From an uncultured Anaerolineales bacterium (GTDB lineage Bacteria; Chloroflexota; Anaerolineae; Anaerolineales; E44-bin32), in contig CBDAFF010000010.1 in the NCBI GenBank assembly GCA_965195195.1, forward strand, positions 41,630 to 105,629: 64,000 nt of DNA, in the 5' to 3' direction. Both the position numbers and the translations under genes were made by a program. The notes below the pieces were generated by a model. It saw only the letters and a list, made by a program, of their open reading frames with translations. It was not told where the DNA came from and searched no databases. Shown piece by piece: positions 30,941 through 40,805 of this stretch (within the stretch, counting starts at the first letter, position 1; each line of letters opens with the position of its first letter).

Positions 30941-31044
30941 TCGACTTGGTATCTGGGCAACGCCCGGTGCCGTTCAAGCCGTGAATGAATGTAGCTCTTA
31001 ATGTGAGTCAGTAATTCCTAACTCACGCATTAGGAGGGGAGCCT

Positions 31045-33498
31045 ATGAAATACCACATTCGAAAAGCAGCCGTAATTGGATCGGGAACGATGGGAGGCGG
31101 GATTGCCGCTCTGTTTGCAGGCCTGGGAATCCCGACGCTCTTGCTCGACATCGTTCCCTTTAAACTCACAGCTACTGAAGAAGCAGAGGGAAAAACTTTA
31201 AAAGACGCATCCGTCCGTAACCGGATCATCGAGGCGGGCTGGAAGGCGGTTACAAAGAGCCGCCCCCCTGCCGTTCTGAGCGAGACTTCCAAGCAGCTTA
31301 TTTCGCTTGGGAACCTCGATGACGACTTTGACCAGCTGGCAGATGTCGATCTAATCGTCGAGGTCATCATCGAAAATCTCGACATCAAACGAGATCTCTT
31401 CGAGCGAATAGATGCCCTCCGCGCCGCCCACACAATCATCGCCACTAACACCTCCGGCTTGCCGATTCAAGCACTGGCGGAAGGGCGCAGCGAAGGTTTC
31501 CAGGGGCACTTCCTGGGGATGCACTTCTTCAACCCTCCGCGCTGGCTGAAACTGCTCGAAGTGATTCCACATGCCGGAACACTGCCGGAAGTGCTGGATT
31601 ATGTCGTTAAATTCAGTGAGGAGATACTCGGGAAGGGCGTGGTGATTTGTAAGGATACGCCAAACTTCATCGCCAACCGGATGTTCTCCATCACCAGCGC
31701 CTATGAGGTTGCCTATGCTTTGGACCACGGATACAGCATAGAAGAGATCGATACCATCATGGGCGTCCTTGTGGGGCGGCCAAAGACGGCGATCTACCGC
31801 TTGCGCGATCTCATCGGGAATGACATTGCAGCTCACGTGGGAACGAACTTGTACGAATTGATCCCTGACGATGAAAGCCGCGATATCCTACGGCATGAAG
31901 CGTCGGTCAAAATGCTGGAGGGGATGATCGAACGCAAATGGCTGGGGAACAAAACAAAGGCGGGTTTCTACAAGCGTGTTGATAAGGAAGATGGATCGAA
32001 GGAATTCTGGCTCTTGGATCCAGAGACCATGGAGCATAAAGCACCGCAGAAACCACGTTTCGAGCTCTTCAGCAGCGGCAAAAAGCATGAAGATCTGGGT
32101 GAGCGTTACCGCTGGATCCTATCCCAGGTCGATGATGAGGATGCATCCGAGGAGACACGTCGACTAGCCCGCTATATCTGGGAGACGACGGCATTCGCTC
32201 TTGGGTATGCCTCACGTCGTGTGCCGGAGATCGCCGACCGCTTTGTCGATATAGACATGGCGATGAAGTGGGGATTCGCCACCGAAATTGGACCTTTCGA
32301 GATCTGGGATGCGCTGGGCGTAAAGGAAACCCTTGAGCGGATGAAGGCCATGAAGATCGAAGTAGGGTCTTGGGTCAAGAAGATGGTCAAGGATGGGACC
32401 AAGTCCTTCTATAAGTATAAGAAAGGGGAGGCGGTCAGCTACTACGACTTGAAAGAGAAGAAGTATAAGCCGCTCAAGAAGGATAAGAGAATCCTGCCCA
32501 TTGCCGGCTTGAAAGCGAAAAAGGGCGCGATTTTGAAACGCAACGCCTCCGCTTCGCTGATCGACATGGGCGATCGAGTAGGTCTGGTCGAGTTCCACAG
32601 CACTGCGAATGCGCTTGATCAAGATATCTTTGACATGCTCACGCATGCCATGGATCTCGCCGAGGAAGATGAGCTAGATGCGATCGTGATCGGCAACGAA
32701 GGGCAGCATTTCTCAGCAGGGGCGAACATCTTCCTTGTCTGGATGGCTGCTCAGCAAGAGGATTACGACCAAATAGATGCATTAGTTGAAGGTATGCAGA
32801 TTGTCCTGATGCGTATGCGTTACTTCCCGAAGCCGATTGTCGCTGCGCCGCAGGGGATGGTCCTTGGCGGTGGCGCTGAGCTCAGTATGGCCTGTTCAAA
32901 GCGGGTGGCTGCTCCTGAAACCTTCATCGGTCTTGTCGAGATGGGTGTTGGAGTGATCCCTGCTGGGACGGGCACGAAGGAGTTAATCCGCAGGGTTATC
33001 AACCCGGTCATGCGTATTCCAAACGCTGATCCGATATCTGTCATGCAGAAAGTATTTGAACAGATCGCGCTGGCTAAGGTTGCGACAGGTGCCTTTGAAG
33101 CTTTTGAGATGGGCTTTTTCTTACCGGGTGACCGAATTGTGATGAAGAAGGAGTATCTCCTGGCAGAGGCCAAGAGCAGCGCGCTGGCCATGGTCGCGGA
33201 GGGCTATCGCCCACCGAACGTGGAGCGAGTTTACGCTGCGGGCAGGGATGTTTTAGCTGCACTGAAAGCCGCCGTGTGGGGCCTGAGAGAGGCTGGTTGG
33301 GCGACCGAACACGATGCTGTAATCGCCGACAAGCTAGCCTGGGTTCTCTGCGGTGGGGATCTGACCGATCCAACGTGGGTTCCAGAGGAGTACATCCTGG
33401 AATTGGAAAGAAAGGCGTTTGTTGAGCTATGCCATGAACCGAAGACGCTCGATCGATTGGCTCATATGATCGAGCATAACAAGCCGCTGAGAAATTAG
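31045..33498 (+). CDS. fadN: 3-hydroxyacyl-CoA dehydrogenase/enoyl-CoA hydratase (FadN-like)
   Basis: GSGTMGGG, NTSG, HFFNPP, C-terminal crotonase domain FSAGAN, ends KPLRN. Confidence 0.9.
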   Translation: MKYHIRKAAVIGSGTMGGGIAALFAGLGIPTLLLDIVPFKLTATEEAEGKTLKDASVRNRIIEAGWKAVTKSRPPAVLSETSKQLISLGNLDDDFDQLADVDLIVEVIIENLDIKRDLFERIDALRAAHTIIATNTSGLPIQALAEGRSEGFQGHFLGMHFFNPPRWLKLLEVIPHAGTLPEVLDYVVKFSEEILGKGVVICKDTPNFIANRMFSITSAYEVAYALDHGYSIEEIDTIMGVLVGRPKTAIYRLRDLIGNDIAAHVGTNLYELIPDDESRDILRHEASVKMLEGMIERKWLGNKTKAGFYKRVDKEDGSKEFWLLDPETMEHKAPQKPRFELFSSGKKHEDLGERYRWILSQVDDEDASEETRRLARYIWETTAFALGYASRRVPEIADRFVDIDMAMKWGFATEIGPFEIWDALGVKETLERMKAMKIEVGSWVKKMVKDGTKSFYKYKKGEAVSYYDLKEKKYKPLKKDKRILPIAGLKAKKGAILKRNASASLIDMGDRVGLVEFHSTANALDQDIFDMLTHAMDLAEEDELDAIVIGNEGQHFSAGANIFLVWMAAQQEDYDQIDALVEGMQIVLMRMRYFPKPIVAAPQGMVLGGGAELSMACSKRVAAPETFIGLVEMGVGVIPAGTGTKELIRRVINPVMRIPNADPISVMQKVFEQIALAKVATGAFEAFEMGFFLPGDRIVMKKEYLLAEAKSSALAMVAEGYRPPNVERVYAAGRDVLAALKAAVWGLREAGWATEHDAVIADKLAWVLCGGDLTDPTWVPEEYILELERKAFVELCHEPKTLDRLAHMIEHNKPLRN

Positions 33499-33642
33499 CA
33501 GATGGGCGTCAAGGTTATGCAGTCGACGTCGTGATTGGGGAGAGACGGTTGTCCAGCAGCGTGAAATGTTTCTGCTGTCTGATCGCAACGCAACACCTCA
33601 CTCCCGTCATAAGCGATTGCCATACTTGAAGGAGTTGGAGCT

Positions 33643-34815
33643 ATGGGTAGAGAAGCAGTCATTGTTTCAGGAGCAAGAACTGCAGTGGGCCGGTCGAAGC
33701 GCGGAATACTGGTAAATTACCGAGCGGAGGACATGGCCGCGGCGGTTGTCAGGGAAGCCTGGAAACGCGCCGGCGATTTGGACAAATCCATCGCGGATGA
33801 TGTCGTGATCGGGTGCGCTTTCCCGGAGGGCAGCCAGGGTTTGAATATGGCTCGACCCGTTGCCATGCACGCCGGATTTCCATCTTCGGTCCCGGCGATG
33901 ACGGTCAACCGTTTCTGCTCATCGGGTCTGCAAACGATCGCCCAATCCTGTGAACGGATCATTGCCGGTGGAGCCGATATCATCGTCGCCGGCGGGGTGG
34001 AAAGCATGAGTATGGTTCCCATGACCGGGTTCCGGATCAGTCCGCATCCCGACTTAATGGATACCATACCTGAAGTATACGTTAGCATGGGCCAGACCGC
34101 GGAAAACGTTGTGAAAGAATACAACGTCAGCCGTGAAGATATGGACGAGTTCTCCTTCCGTAGCCACCGGAAGGCCGCAGAAGCGCAGGACGCCGGCAGG
34201 TTCAAAGAAGAAATTGTCCCCCTGGAGGTCACGACAACAACACTTGAGGGGACTAATAAAGTGATCTTCGATCAGGACGAACTGATCCGGCGCGACACGA
34301 CGATTGAAGGACTCGCCAAGTTGAGACCGGTTTTCTCCCCGAAAGGGTCGGTCACGGCCGGAAGCTCCTCGCCGTTGTCAGACGGCGCAGCTGCGGTAGT
34401 CATCATGAGCGCCGAGAAAGCCGATGAGCTGGGGTTAGAACCGTGGATGCGTTTCATTGGCTTCACAGCAGTAGGCGTACCACCGGAGATCATGGGCATC
34501 GGCCCGATCAAGGCTGTCCCAAGAGTGTTGGAACGCTATGGGATGAAGCTTGAAGAATTCGATCTGATCGAGTTGAATGAGGCGTTCGCCTCCCAGAGTC
34601 TGGCGGTGATTCGCACGCTGGATTTGAATACAGAAATTCTCAACGTCAACGGTGGGGCGATCGCGCTTGGTCACCCCCTGGGCGCTACTGGAGCCAAGCT
34701 GACCGTGCAGATCATGCACGAGGCGAAGCGCCGTAAGTCGAAGTATGTCATGGTAACCATGTGTATCGGCGGAGGGATGGGGGCAGTGGGAATATTTGAG
34801 AATCTGCTGCAGTAG
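33643..34815 (+). CDS. fadA: Acetyl-CoA C-acyltransferase (3-ketoacyl-CoA thiolase)
   Basis: NRFCSSG, NEAF, GHPLG, CIGGGMG. Confidence 0.95.
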   Translation: MGREAVIVSGARTAVGRSKRGILVNYRAEDMAAAVVREAWKRAGDLDKSIADDVVIGCAFPEGSQGLNMARPVAMHAGFPSSVPAMTVNRFCSSGLQTIAQSCERIIAGGADIIVAGGVESMSMVPMTGFRISPHPDLMDTIPEVYVSMGQTAENVVKEYNVSREDMDEFSFRSHRKAAEAQDAGRFKEEIVPLEVTTTTLEGTNKVIFDQDELIRRDTTIEGLAKLRPVFSPKGSVTAGSSSPLSDGAAAVVIMSAEKADELGLEPWMRFIGFTAVGVPPEIMGIGPIKAVPRVLERYGMKLEEFDLIELNEAFASQSLAVIRTLDLNTEILNVNGGAIALGHPLGATGAKLTVQIMHEAKRRKSKYVMVTMCIGGGMGAVGIFENLLQ

Positions 34816-34852
34816 ATGTAGACAAACCTAAATCACTTAAGCGAAGGAGTTC

Positions 34853-35176
34853 ATGATGGCATTAACTGTAAAAGATCTGATGGAACGCATGCCGGGGGCG
34901 CTTATCCCAGAGAAGGCTGAGGGGGTAGATGCCGTGATCCAATTCCACCTGGGCGAGGACGGCGGCGACTGGATCTGTACGATCAAGGATTCGACTTGCA
35001 CGGCTGAGCCGGGAGTCCATGAAGAGCCAAATCTCTCTTTGACGGCTGAAGCTGCGGATTACATGGATATGATCACGGGTAAATTAAACCCGATGACGGC
35101 CATTGCCACGAAGAAGGTCGTTCTAAAAGGAGATCTAAACCTGGCGATGAAGTATATGAATCTATTCGCGCTCTAA
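34853..35176 (+). CDS. SCP2 lipid/sterol-binding domain protein
   Basis: GKLNPMTA...LKGDLNLAMK motif. Confidence 0.88.
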   Translation: MMALTVKDLMERMPGALIPEKAEGVDAVIQFHLGEDGGDWICTIKDSTCTAEPGVHEEPNLSLTAEAADYMDMITGKLNPMTAIATKKVVLKGDLNLAMKYMNLFAL

Positions 35177-35208
35177 CTTCGCCCGTTCGTAAGCGCATAA
35201 CTATAGAA

Positions 35209-35239
35209 GTAATCGAGTCCCAATTCGGGGCTCGATTAC
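35209..35239 (+). terminator. Hairpin terminator after the fad cluster
   Basis: GTAATCGAGTCCC-AATTC-GGGGCTCGATTAC. Confidence 0.7.
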
Positions 35240-35250
35240 GTTACAAGGAG

Positions 35251-35447
35251 GAGATTGCTTCGCGGAGTTCAGCCTGCGAAGTCCCCGTCCGCAGGGAGTG
35301 GGGAGCGAATTCGAATGGGCTCTGCATGACATGTTCCTGGCCATCGTCATTCTTTCGCCGTTTCACGGCTTTCTCAAAATGACATTTATTTGTGGAAAGC
35401 TCTTCCCACACTTGTCATTGCTAGGAACGAACTGGCGAAGCAATCTC
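35251..35447. repeat. Degenerate REP/MITE-like palindromic element
   Basis: 13-bp inverted ends GAGATTGCTTCGC / GCGAAGCAATCTC with internal GTCATT/AATGAC motifs. Confidence 0.6.
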
Positions 35448-35563
35448 ATCCTTAGAAAATGGGGAGGGCGTTGCTGGGTTGTTTTATCGCGCGAACTTCA
35501 ATGCGTATAGGCTGTACCTACGTCTGGAAGCTCTGTTAATTGATTCCATAAGTCATAGGATCG

Positions 35564-36214
35564 CTAAGTATGAACCATGTGCAGGTGATTTCTATGGATC
35601 TTAGCTGTTGAGGGATCAAGACCCAAGGCAAAGAGGACTTCTTCCGGCCGCCCTGTGGCACCTTCGTTCGCTGCCAGTTTCATCCTGATTGATGGGTGTT
35701 CCATCCCGTCACTCGAGATCTCTAGTTCATGAATGAGCGGTCGGAGGTCATAGGTCTTTCCCCGGCGCTCCCGCTCTAGCACCTTTTTTAAGAGAAGATC
35801 ATGAATATCACTTGAGAGATCTTCTTCTGATAGACCTGCATCGATCTGAACGATATACGAGACGGCATCGATTTGGCTGGGGAGAGCTGGTTCGTTCAAG
35901 GCAGCGCGTTCAACTTCGAGAATCCTGGTTCCTGGTGGTACAGAATGCTGCAGCCGTTCCAGTATCTCGCTGCAATGTATTTCTTCTGTGAGCCAGATGT
36001 CCGCTAGTTCGTGTTCGCTTGTACACCCGAGGGGCAGAGCCGTGCTTAGTTGAATGCGCGGACGGGGATTGAATCCCTTTGAGTACAGAAGGGGGAGCCC
36101 GGCTCGGCGTAGAAGGCGCCCCCAGGATCGGTGAAGGTCGAGGTGGCTTGTATAGCGCTGCGCCTCATCCTTCGTAAAGGTAATCCGATAACGATAGCGG
36201 TCGTCATTCGTCAT
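35564..36214 (-). CDS. Radical SAM-linked protein (TIGR03936/DUF2344-like)
   Basis: YTSHLDL...RRAGLPLLYSKGFNPRPRI...ALPLG-TS. Confidence 0.88.
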   Translation of the reverse strand: MTNDDRYRYRITFTKDEAQRYTSHLDLHRSWGRLLRRAGLPLLYSKGFNPRPRIQLSTALPLGCTSEHELADIWLTEEIHCSEILERLQHSVPPGTRILEVERAALNEPALPSQIDAVSYIVQIDAGLSEEDLSSDIHDLLLKKVLERERRGKTYDLRPLIHELEISSDGMEHPSIRMKLAANEGATGRPEEVLFALGLDPSTAKIHRNHLHMVHT

Positions 36215-38138
36215 CTTGTTTTATCCCTACGGGAGATGGACTTTCAGGTGAAGCGTGCGCTGGTGAACGGACCTCGGGGCATTGCCAGCCCTCGCCTGGA
36301 TTCTCCCGGCGTAGAGCAGCGTACTTTGGCAGAATCCCACAGGCGAAGCAACGTTCACGGCAATCCACGCGTGTTTTTCCCTGTTGGCTCAAAAGATAAT
36401 CTTCGGTCAGAAACTGCTTCTTAACCGCGGCGTCTATGTGGTCCCAAGGAAGGGTCTCGTCAATTGGGCGTTCGCGGTGGCTGTAAAACGCGGGATCCAG
36501 GTCAGCGGCTTCGAAAGCTTGAAGCCAAAGGTTGAAATCGAAGTGTTCATGCCAGGCATCGAATTTCGCCCCGCTTTTCCAGGCATGATAGATTGCTGCA
36601 CTCGTCCTTCGGTCACCGCGGGAGAGCCAGGATTCGAGCATCGTCTCCCCGGGCTCATTCCAGTTTAATTTTAATCCTCGACCGCGCAGCTCCTGCTTAA
36701 GAAGGTTCTGTTTCATCACGATTTGCTCTGTTGTATCACATGGGGTCCATTGGAATGGTGTGTGGGGTTTAGGGATAAAGGTGCTGACGCCCGCGTTAAC
36801 TTTTGCCCTTTTACCCATAATCTTCCGACCTTCGGCCAAGATTGTCTTACATAGTTTGGCAATAGCCTGGACGTCCTCAAGCGTTTCGGATGGGTGGCCG
36901 ATCATGAAATACAGCTTTATCGTGTGCCATCCCCGGCTGTAGATCTCGCGCACGGTTTCTAGGAGCAGCTCTGTGTCGATTGGCTTGTTGATAATCTCGC
37001 GCATGCGCTCTGTTGCCGCTTCAGGAGCCAGAGTGAAGCCTGATCGCGATGAGTGCCCATGCAGCAGGTCCATCAGCTCGACGGAAACAGTCTCGATGCG
37101 CAGAGAGGGGAGCGAGATTTTTATCTGCTGCTCTCCAAAGCGCTCATTCACAGCACGCACCAAAGGCAAAATATGCGTGTAGTCGGAAGATGACAGCGAG
37201 AGAAGGCCTACCTCATCGATGCCGGTGATATCTGTCGCTTCCTGAATGGCGTCAAGGACTTCTGTGATGGTGCGTTCGCGAACGGGGCGTGTGATCATGC
37301 CGGCCTGACAGAAACGACATCCGCGGGTGCAGCCACGCATGATCTCGATGGGTATGCGGTTGTGCGTTACGTCGATAAAGGGCACGATGAAACGCGTGGT
37401 GGGTTTGGGCATTTTTCCAACGATGCGCTTCAGAATCGGGAATGGCGCATCTTCATGGAGAGGTTCGACCCGGGAGATGGTCCCATCTTCCATGTAATGG
37501 ATCTTATACAGACTGGGCACATAGACGCCCCAGATCCTGGCGAGTTCGAGGTGAAGTTCTTCTCGTGGATGTCCGCTGGCTCTCCAATCTTGAACACAGT
37601 GAGCAATCTCAAGGACAACTTCTTCGCCCTCGCCAATCACAAATGCATCAAAGAACGCGGCCATCGGCTCCGGATTGAGCGCTGCGTGACCTCCCGCGAT
37701 TACGACTGGATCATCCCGTTGGCGTTTCGCTGCGAAGAGCGGAATACCAGCGAGATCGATGAGGTTTAGGGTGTTTGTAAAAAGGGTTTCGTAGGGAAGT
37801 GAAAACCCGATGATGTCAAACTCAGAGACCAGGTGTTTTGTCTCCAGAGAGTACAGCGGAAGCCCGGACTGACGCATTGCGGCTTCCATGTCCGGCCAGG
37901 GAGCATAAACTCGCTCAGCGAGGATATCTGTTTCGCGATTCAAGACATCGTATAGGATCGCGAGGCCAAGATTGGACATGCCGAGATCATAAAGGTCTGG
38001 AAAAACTAGCGCTACACTCAGGTCTACGCTTTCCCAGTCCTTAACGACCTGGTTCAGCTCTCCTCCTGTGTAGCGACCCGGCTTCTGTACGCTAGGAAGG
38101 ATGCGCTGCAGCGCTCGCTCAATTTCTTGTGAATGCAT
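36204..38138 (-). CDS. B12-binding-type radical SAM protein (TIGR03960-like)
   Basis: KPGRYTGGELN, FPDLYDLGMSNLG, RGCTRGCRFC, PKPHTPFQW, C-terminal C-x3-C-x2-C. Confidence 0.9.
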   Translation of the reverse strand: MHSQEIERALQRILPSVQKPGRYTGGELNQVVKDWESVDLSVALVFPDLYDLGMSNLGLAILYDVLNRETDILAERVYAPWPDMEAAMRQSGLPLYSLETKHLVSEFDIIGFSLPYETLFTNTLNLIDLAGIPLFAAKRQRDDPVVIAGGHAALNPEPMAAFFDAFVIGEGEEVVLEIAHCVQDWRASGHPREELHLELARIWGVYVPSLYKIHYMEDGTISRVEPLHEDAPFPILKRIVGKMPKPTTRFIVPFIDVTHNRIPIEIMRGCTRGCRFCQAGMITRPVRERTITEVLDAIQEATDITGIDEVGLLSLSSSDYTHILPLVRAVNERFGEQQIKISLPSLRIETVSVELMDLLHGHSSRSGFTLAPEAATERMREIINKPIDTELLLETVREIYSRGWHTIKLYFMIGHPSETLEDVQAIAKLCKTILAEGRKIMGKRAKVNAGVSTFIPKPHTPFQWTPCDTTEQIVMKQNLLKQELRGRGLKLNWNEPGETMLESWLSRGDRRTSAAIYHAWKSGAKFDAWHEHFDFNLWLQAFEAADLDPAFYSHRERPIDETLPWDHIDAAVKKQFLTEDYLLSQQGKTRVDCRERCFACGILPKYAALRRENPGEGWQCPEVRSPAHASPESPSPVGIKQDDE

Positions 38139-38394
38139 TTAATGGACTTAACCCGGATAAATTTGGATAAAAGTATTCTGAATATTATAGCATGTGCAGT
38201 TCGCCCGGTTTTCGCCCTTCATAGGTTGGCTTTGTTCACTGATCCCATAATTTAATGGGATCGAAGCAGGTGGAACAATAGACTTTTAACTCAACAGGAC
38301 CGATAAGCCTAACTGGGCGAATTATCGATGGATGATGTTTATGGTGAAAGCTGAAAAAATTAATACTCACATCATGGCCTATCCCGTCTCTCTG

Positions 38395-38423
38395 TTGACG
38401 CTTAAAAACACGAATGGTAGAAT
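38395..38423 (+). promoter_or_regulatory. Sigma70 promoter of tRNA-Glu
   Basis: TTGACG-17 bp-TAGAAT. Confidence 0.75.
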
Positions 38424-38433
38424 GACCTCCGTT

Positions 38434-38506
38434 GCCCCCATCGTCTAGAGGCCTAGGACGCGGCCCTCTCAAGGCCGAAACCGGGGTTCGAACCCCCGTG
38501 GGGGCA
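38434..38506 (+). tRNA. tRNA-Glu(CTC), no complete encoded CCA
   Basis: GCCCCCA/TGGGGGC acceptor stem, CGGCC-CTCTCAA-GGCCG anticodon arm, GGTTCGAACCC. Confidence 0.95.
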
Positions 38507-38709
38507 CCTGCTGCCTTTCGAAACAACCCTCGTCATGCTATAGTGGCGGCGGTTGTTTTCCATTTACAATTTAGCGGATACACTGTCGTCAAATTATATT
38601 GGATTCAGACTGTAATTAGTGCGCCTGAGTTAACCGTCTGTTACCGATAGGCGGGGAACTGACATCTTGCCTTTGACTATTCGCGAGACGAAAAGTTTGT
38701 GAGGTCCTG

Positions 38710-39996
38710 ATGAAAAAGATTGCTCGTAACCATAGCATTTTTGCACTCCTGATCACGCTGATACTCCTGATTGCTCTTTCCTCATGCAACATACCCTTCA
38801 TTGATGGAGGCGGGACAGAAGAGGCGATGGATGATGGAGTGGGAAGCGGCGCCATTGCCGGGCGGGTTTGGCATGACCTGTGCGCATCCCCACCAGAAGG
38901 GACCCAGACGGATACGGCTCCGAAAGGATGTATTAGCGGACCCGATGGAATGAATTGGGTTGCGAATGGGAAATTGGACGCTGCTGAGATTGGACTCCAC
39001 GGCGTGGAGGTCCAGTTGGGTGATGGCGCATGTCCCTCCTCAGGCAGAGATAAAGCAATCACTGGCGCGGATGGGCTCTTTCTCTTCAGTGGGTTGGAGG
39101 CAGGGGATTACTGCGTTTTGATTGACCCCGAGAGTGAGGTAAACGCCAGCGTCTTGGCGCCAGGTATTTGGACATACCCTGTATCAGCGTCAGGGTCTGG
39201 TGTGATTGGAAAAACGGTAACGCTGGCTGTTGATGAAGTGAGGTCTGATATCTATTTTGCCTGGGATTACCTCCTTCTCCCACCTTTCGTTGCGATCCCC
39301 ACAAACACCCCGGTTGTTGAATCAACCGCCAGCGCAACTGCGACACTTGAGCCATCGGCAACCCCGGCGGCGACGAGCACGCAGACGCCTACCGCCTCCC
39401 CGACGCTGGGCACTTCCGATCCGCGGGCGTCTTTGGGCGATCCGACATGGCAGGATGACTTTGATGATGCGAGTGATTGGGCGATCTATGAGGATGACCA
39501 CACCCGTTTCGAAATTGTTGAAAACAAGCTAGCCATGACGGCTTTCAATGCTGATTTCTACAACGGGTGGTTGCTCAGCTGGCGAAAGGATCTAAATTTC
39601 TACATCGAAGCTACTGGAACTGCAGAAACCTGTTCGGGTAGAGATTCTTATGGGTTGATGTTCCGTGCCCCCGCGTCTGACAAAGGGTATATTGGGTATC
39701 TATTTGGAATATCCTGTGATGGTCGCTATTCACTGCGCTCCTGGGATGGGGAGGTGATGACCCATATTCTCGACTGGACGCCAAGCACCCATCTCGCAGC
39801 CGGATCGGACCAAACCCACCGAATTGGTGTTTTGGCCCAAGGGAATGAGTTGAAGCTTTATGCGCAGGGTGAGTTGCTTACGACTCTCACGGATACTACT
39901 CATGGTGAAGGTCTTTTCGGCTTATTCATAAGCGCAGCCCAGACTCCCAATTTTACAACCAATGTCGAAGAATTCCTCTACTGGGATCTTGAATAG
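38710..39996 (+). CDS. Lipoprotein: SdrD-B/Cna-like domain + Pro/Thr linker + DUF1080-like domain
   Basis: Lipobox LSSC; GAIAGRVWHD...TGADGLFLFSGLEAGDY; PT-rich linker; WQDDFD...YGLMFR. Confidence 0.75.
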   Translation: MKKIARNHSIFALLITLILLIALSSCNIPFIDGGGTEEAMDDGVGSGAIAGRVWHDLCASPPEGTQTDTAPKGCISGPDGMNWVANGKLDAAEIGLHGVEVQLGDGACPSSGRDKAITGADGLFLFSGLEAGDYCVLIDPESEVNASVLAPGIWTYPVSASGSGVIGKTVTLAVDEVRSDIYFAWDYLLLPPFVAIPTNTPVVESTASATATLEPSATPAATSTQTPTASPTLGTSDPRASLGDPTWQDDFDDASDWAIYEDDHTRFEIVENKLAMTAFNADFYNGWLLSWRKDLNFYIEATGTAETCSGRDSYGLMFRAPASDKGYIGYLFGISCDGRYSLRSWDGEVMTHILDWTPSTHLAAGSDQTHRIGVLAQGNELKLYAQGELLTTLTDTTHGEGLFGLFISAAQTPNFTTNVEEFLYWDLE

Positions 39997-40102
39997 ACTT
40001 GACATGGAATGATCGAGGGAATGATAACTTGTAGTCCGAGGTTCAGTTTAGGAGATCGACAGTCTGTATACTTGATACTTCGAATGAAGGAGAGCATTTA
40101 CT

Positions 40103-40522
40103 TTGCAAATCGTATCGCAATTAAAACTTGATCAAACTCAGAAGACATTCTTAATAGGAGCCTTGCTCGCCATGGCGTTCTTTTTCATTGCGGCTGGAAT
40201 CGCCGAAATGGCGATCGCCGTAGATCAAGAATGCCGAGACGAAGTGGCGTCGGTGAGGTTGGCGCCAGATCCTTTTACTGTGTGCTTGCCGGAATGGAAG
40301 TATTATGGCTTAAGGGCGGTGTCAAGGGGTGTGGTGTGGGCCTTCAACCCGGAGTCGGCTCCTATCTTTGGTTGGCTTGTAATGAGCTTGATTTATGGTG
40401 TCTTGGGCGGGATTAGCGCGCAGTCCTTCGGACGCAGGGGCATCATCGCTTTTCTTGGTATTTTTCTCGCTTTAGCCGCGCTGTTCGCTGGCATTGGATT
40501 TATGAAGACGTTCATCGCTTGA
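40103..40522 (+). CDS. Hypothetical membrane protein
   Basis: RBS AAGGAG, three TM helices, TTG start. Confidence 0.7.
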   Translation: MQIVSQLKLDQTQKTFLIGALLAMAFFFIAAGIAEMAIAVDQECRDEVASVRLAPDPFTVCLPEWKYYGLRAVSRGVVWAFNPESAPIFGWLVMSLIYGVLGGISAQSFGRRGIIAFLGIFLALAALFAGIGFMKTFIA

Positions 40523-40620
40523 AGCTACCCGAGGGGGAAATCAAGATCGGGAAAAGGCATTTCACGGCAACTCCAGGAATTATTTTTAAAGAGAAATACT
40601 TGCTAGCTGGAAGGAATCCA

Positions 40621-40646
40621 AAGAACCACCCAATCGGGTGGTTCTT
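40621..40646. terminator. Bidirectional hairpin terminator
   Basis: AAGAACCACCC-AATC-GGGTGGTTCTT between convergent units. Confidence 0.75.
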
Positions 40647-40664
40647 GGTTGTGCTGCGGCATCC

Positions 40665-40724
40665 TTATCCACAAGGGAGGAGCGATGCCGCAGCAGGTTC
40701 GTCATAATATTCGATCATTGGCAT
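40665..40724 (-). CDS. Putative small peptide (MP)MIEYYDEPAAASLLPCG
   Basis: Very strong SD GAAAGGAGGAGGTGAT before ATG CCA ATG; followed by a hairpin and a terminator; too short for the ORF track. Confidence 0.5.
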   Translation of the reverse strand: MPMIEYYDEPAAASLLPCG

Positions 40725-40805
40725 CACCTCCTCCTTTCAAAAATAGCGAAGGAAAGGTGTTCAAAACACTTAAGAAAGTATTACATAGGGATTATTTAAA
40801 GTCAA

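Noticed and set aside
40519-40707. 62-aa + strand ORF overlapping the hairpins
   Set aside because: Runs through a terminator, has no recognisable motif, and is antisense to the better-supported micro-ORF
40715-40740. GCATCACCTCCTCCTTTC resembling a 16S rRNA 3' end
   Set aside because: No flanking rRNA sequence; explained as the complement of a strong SD
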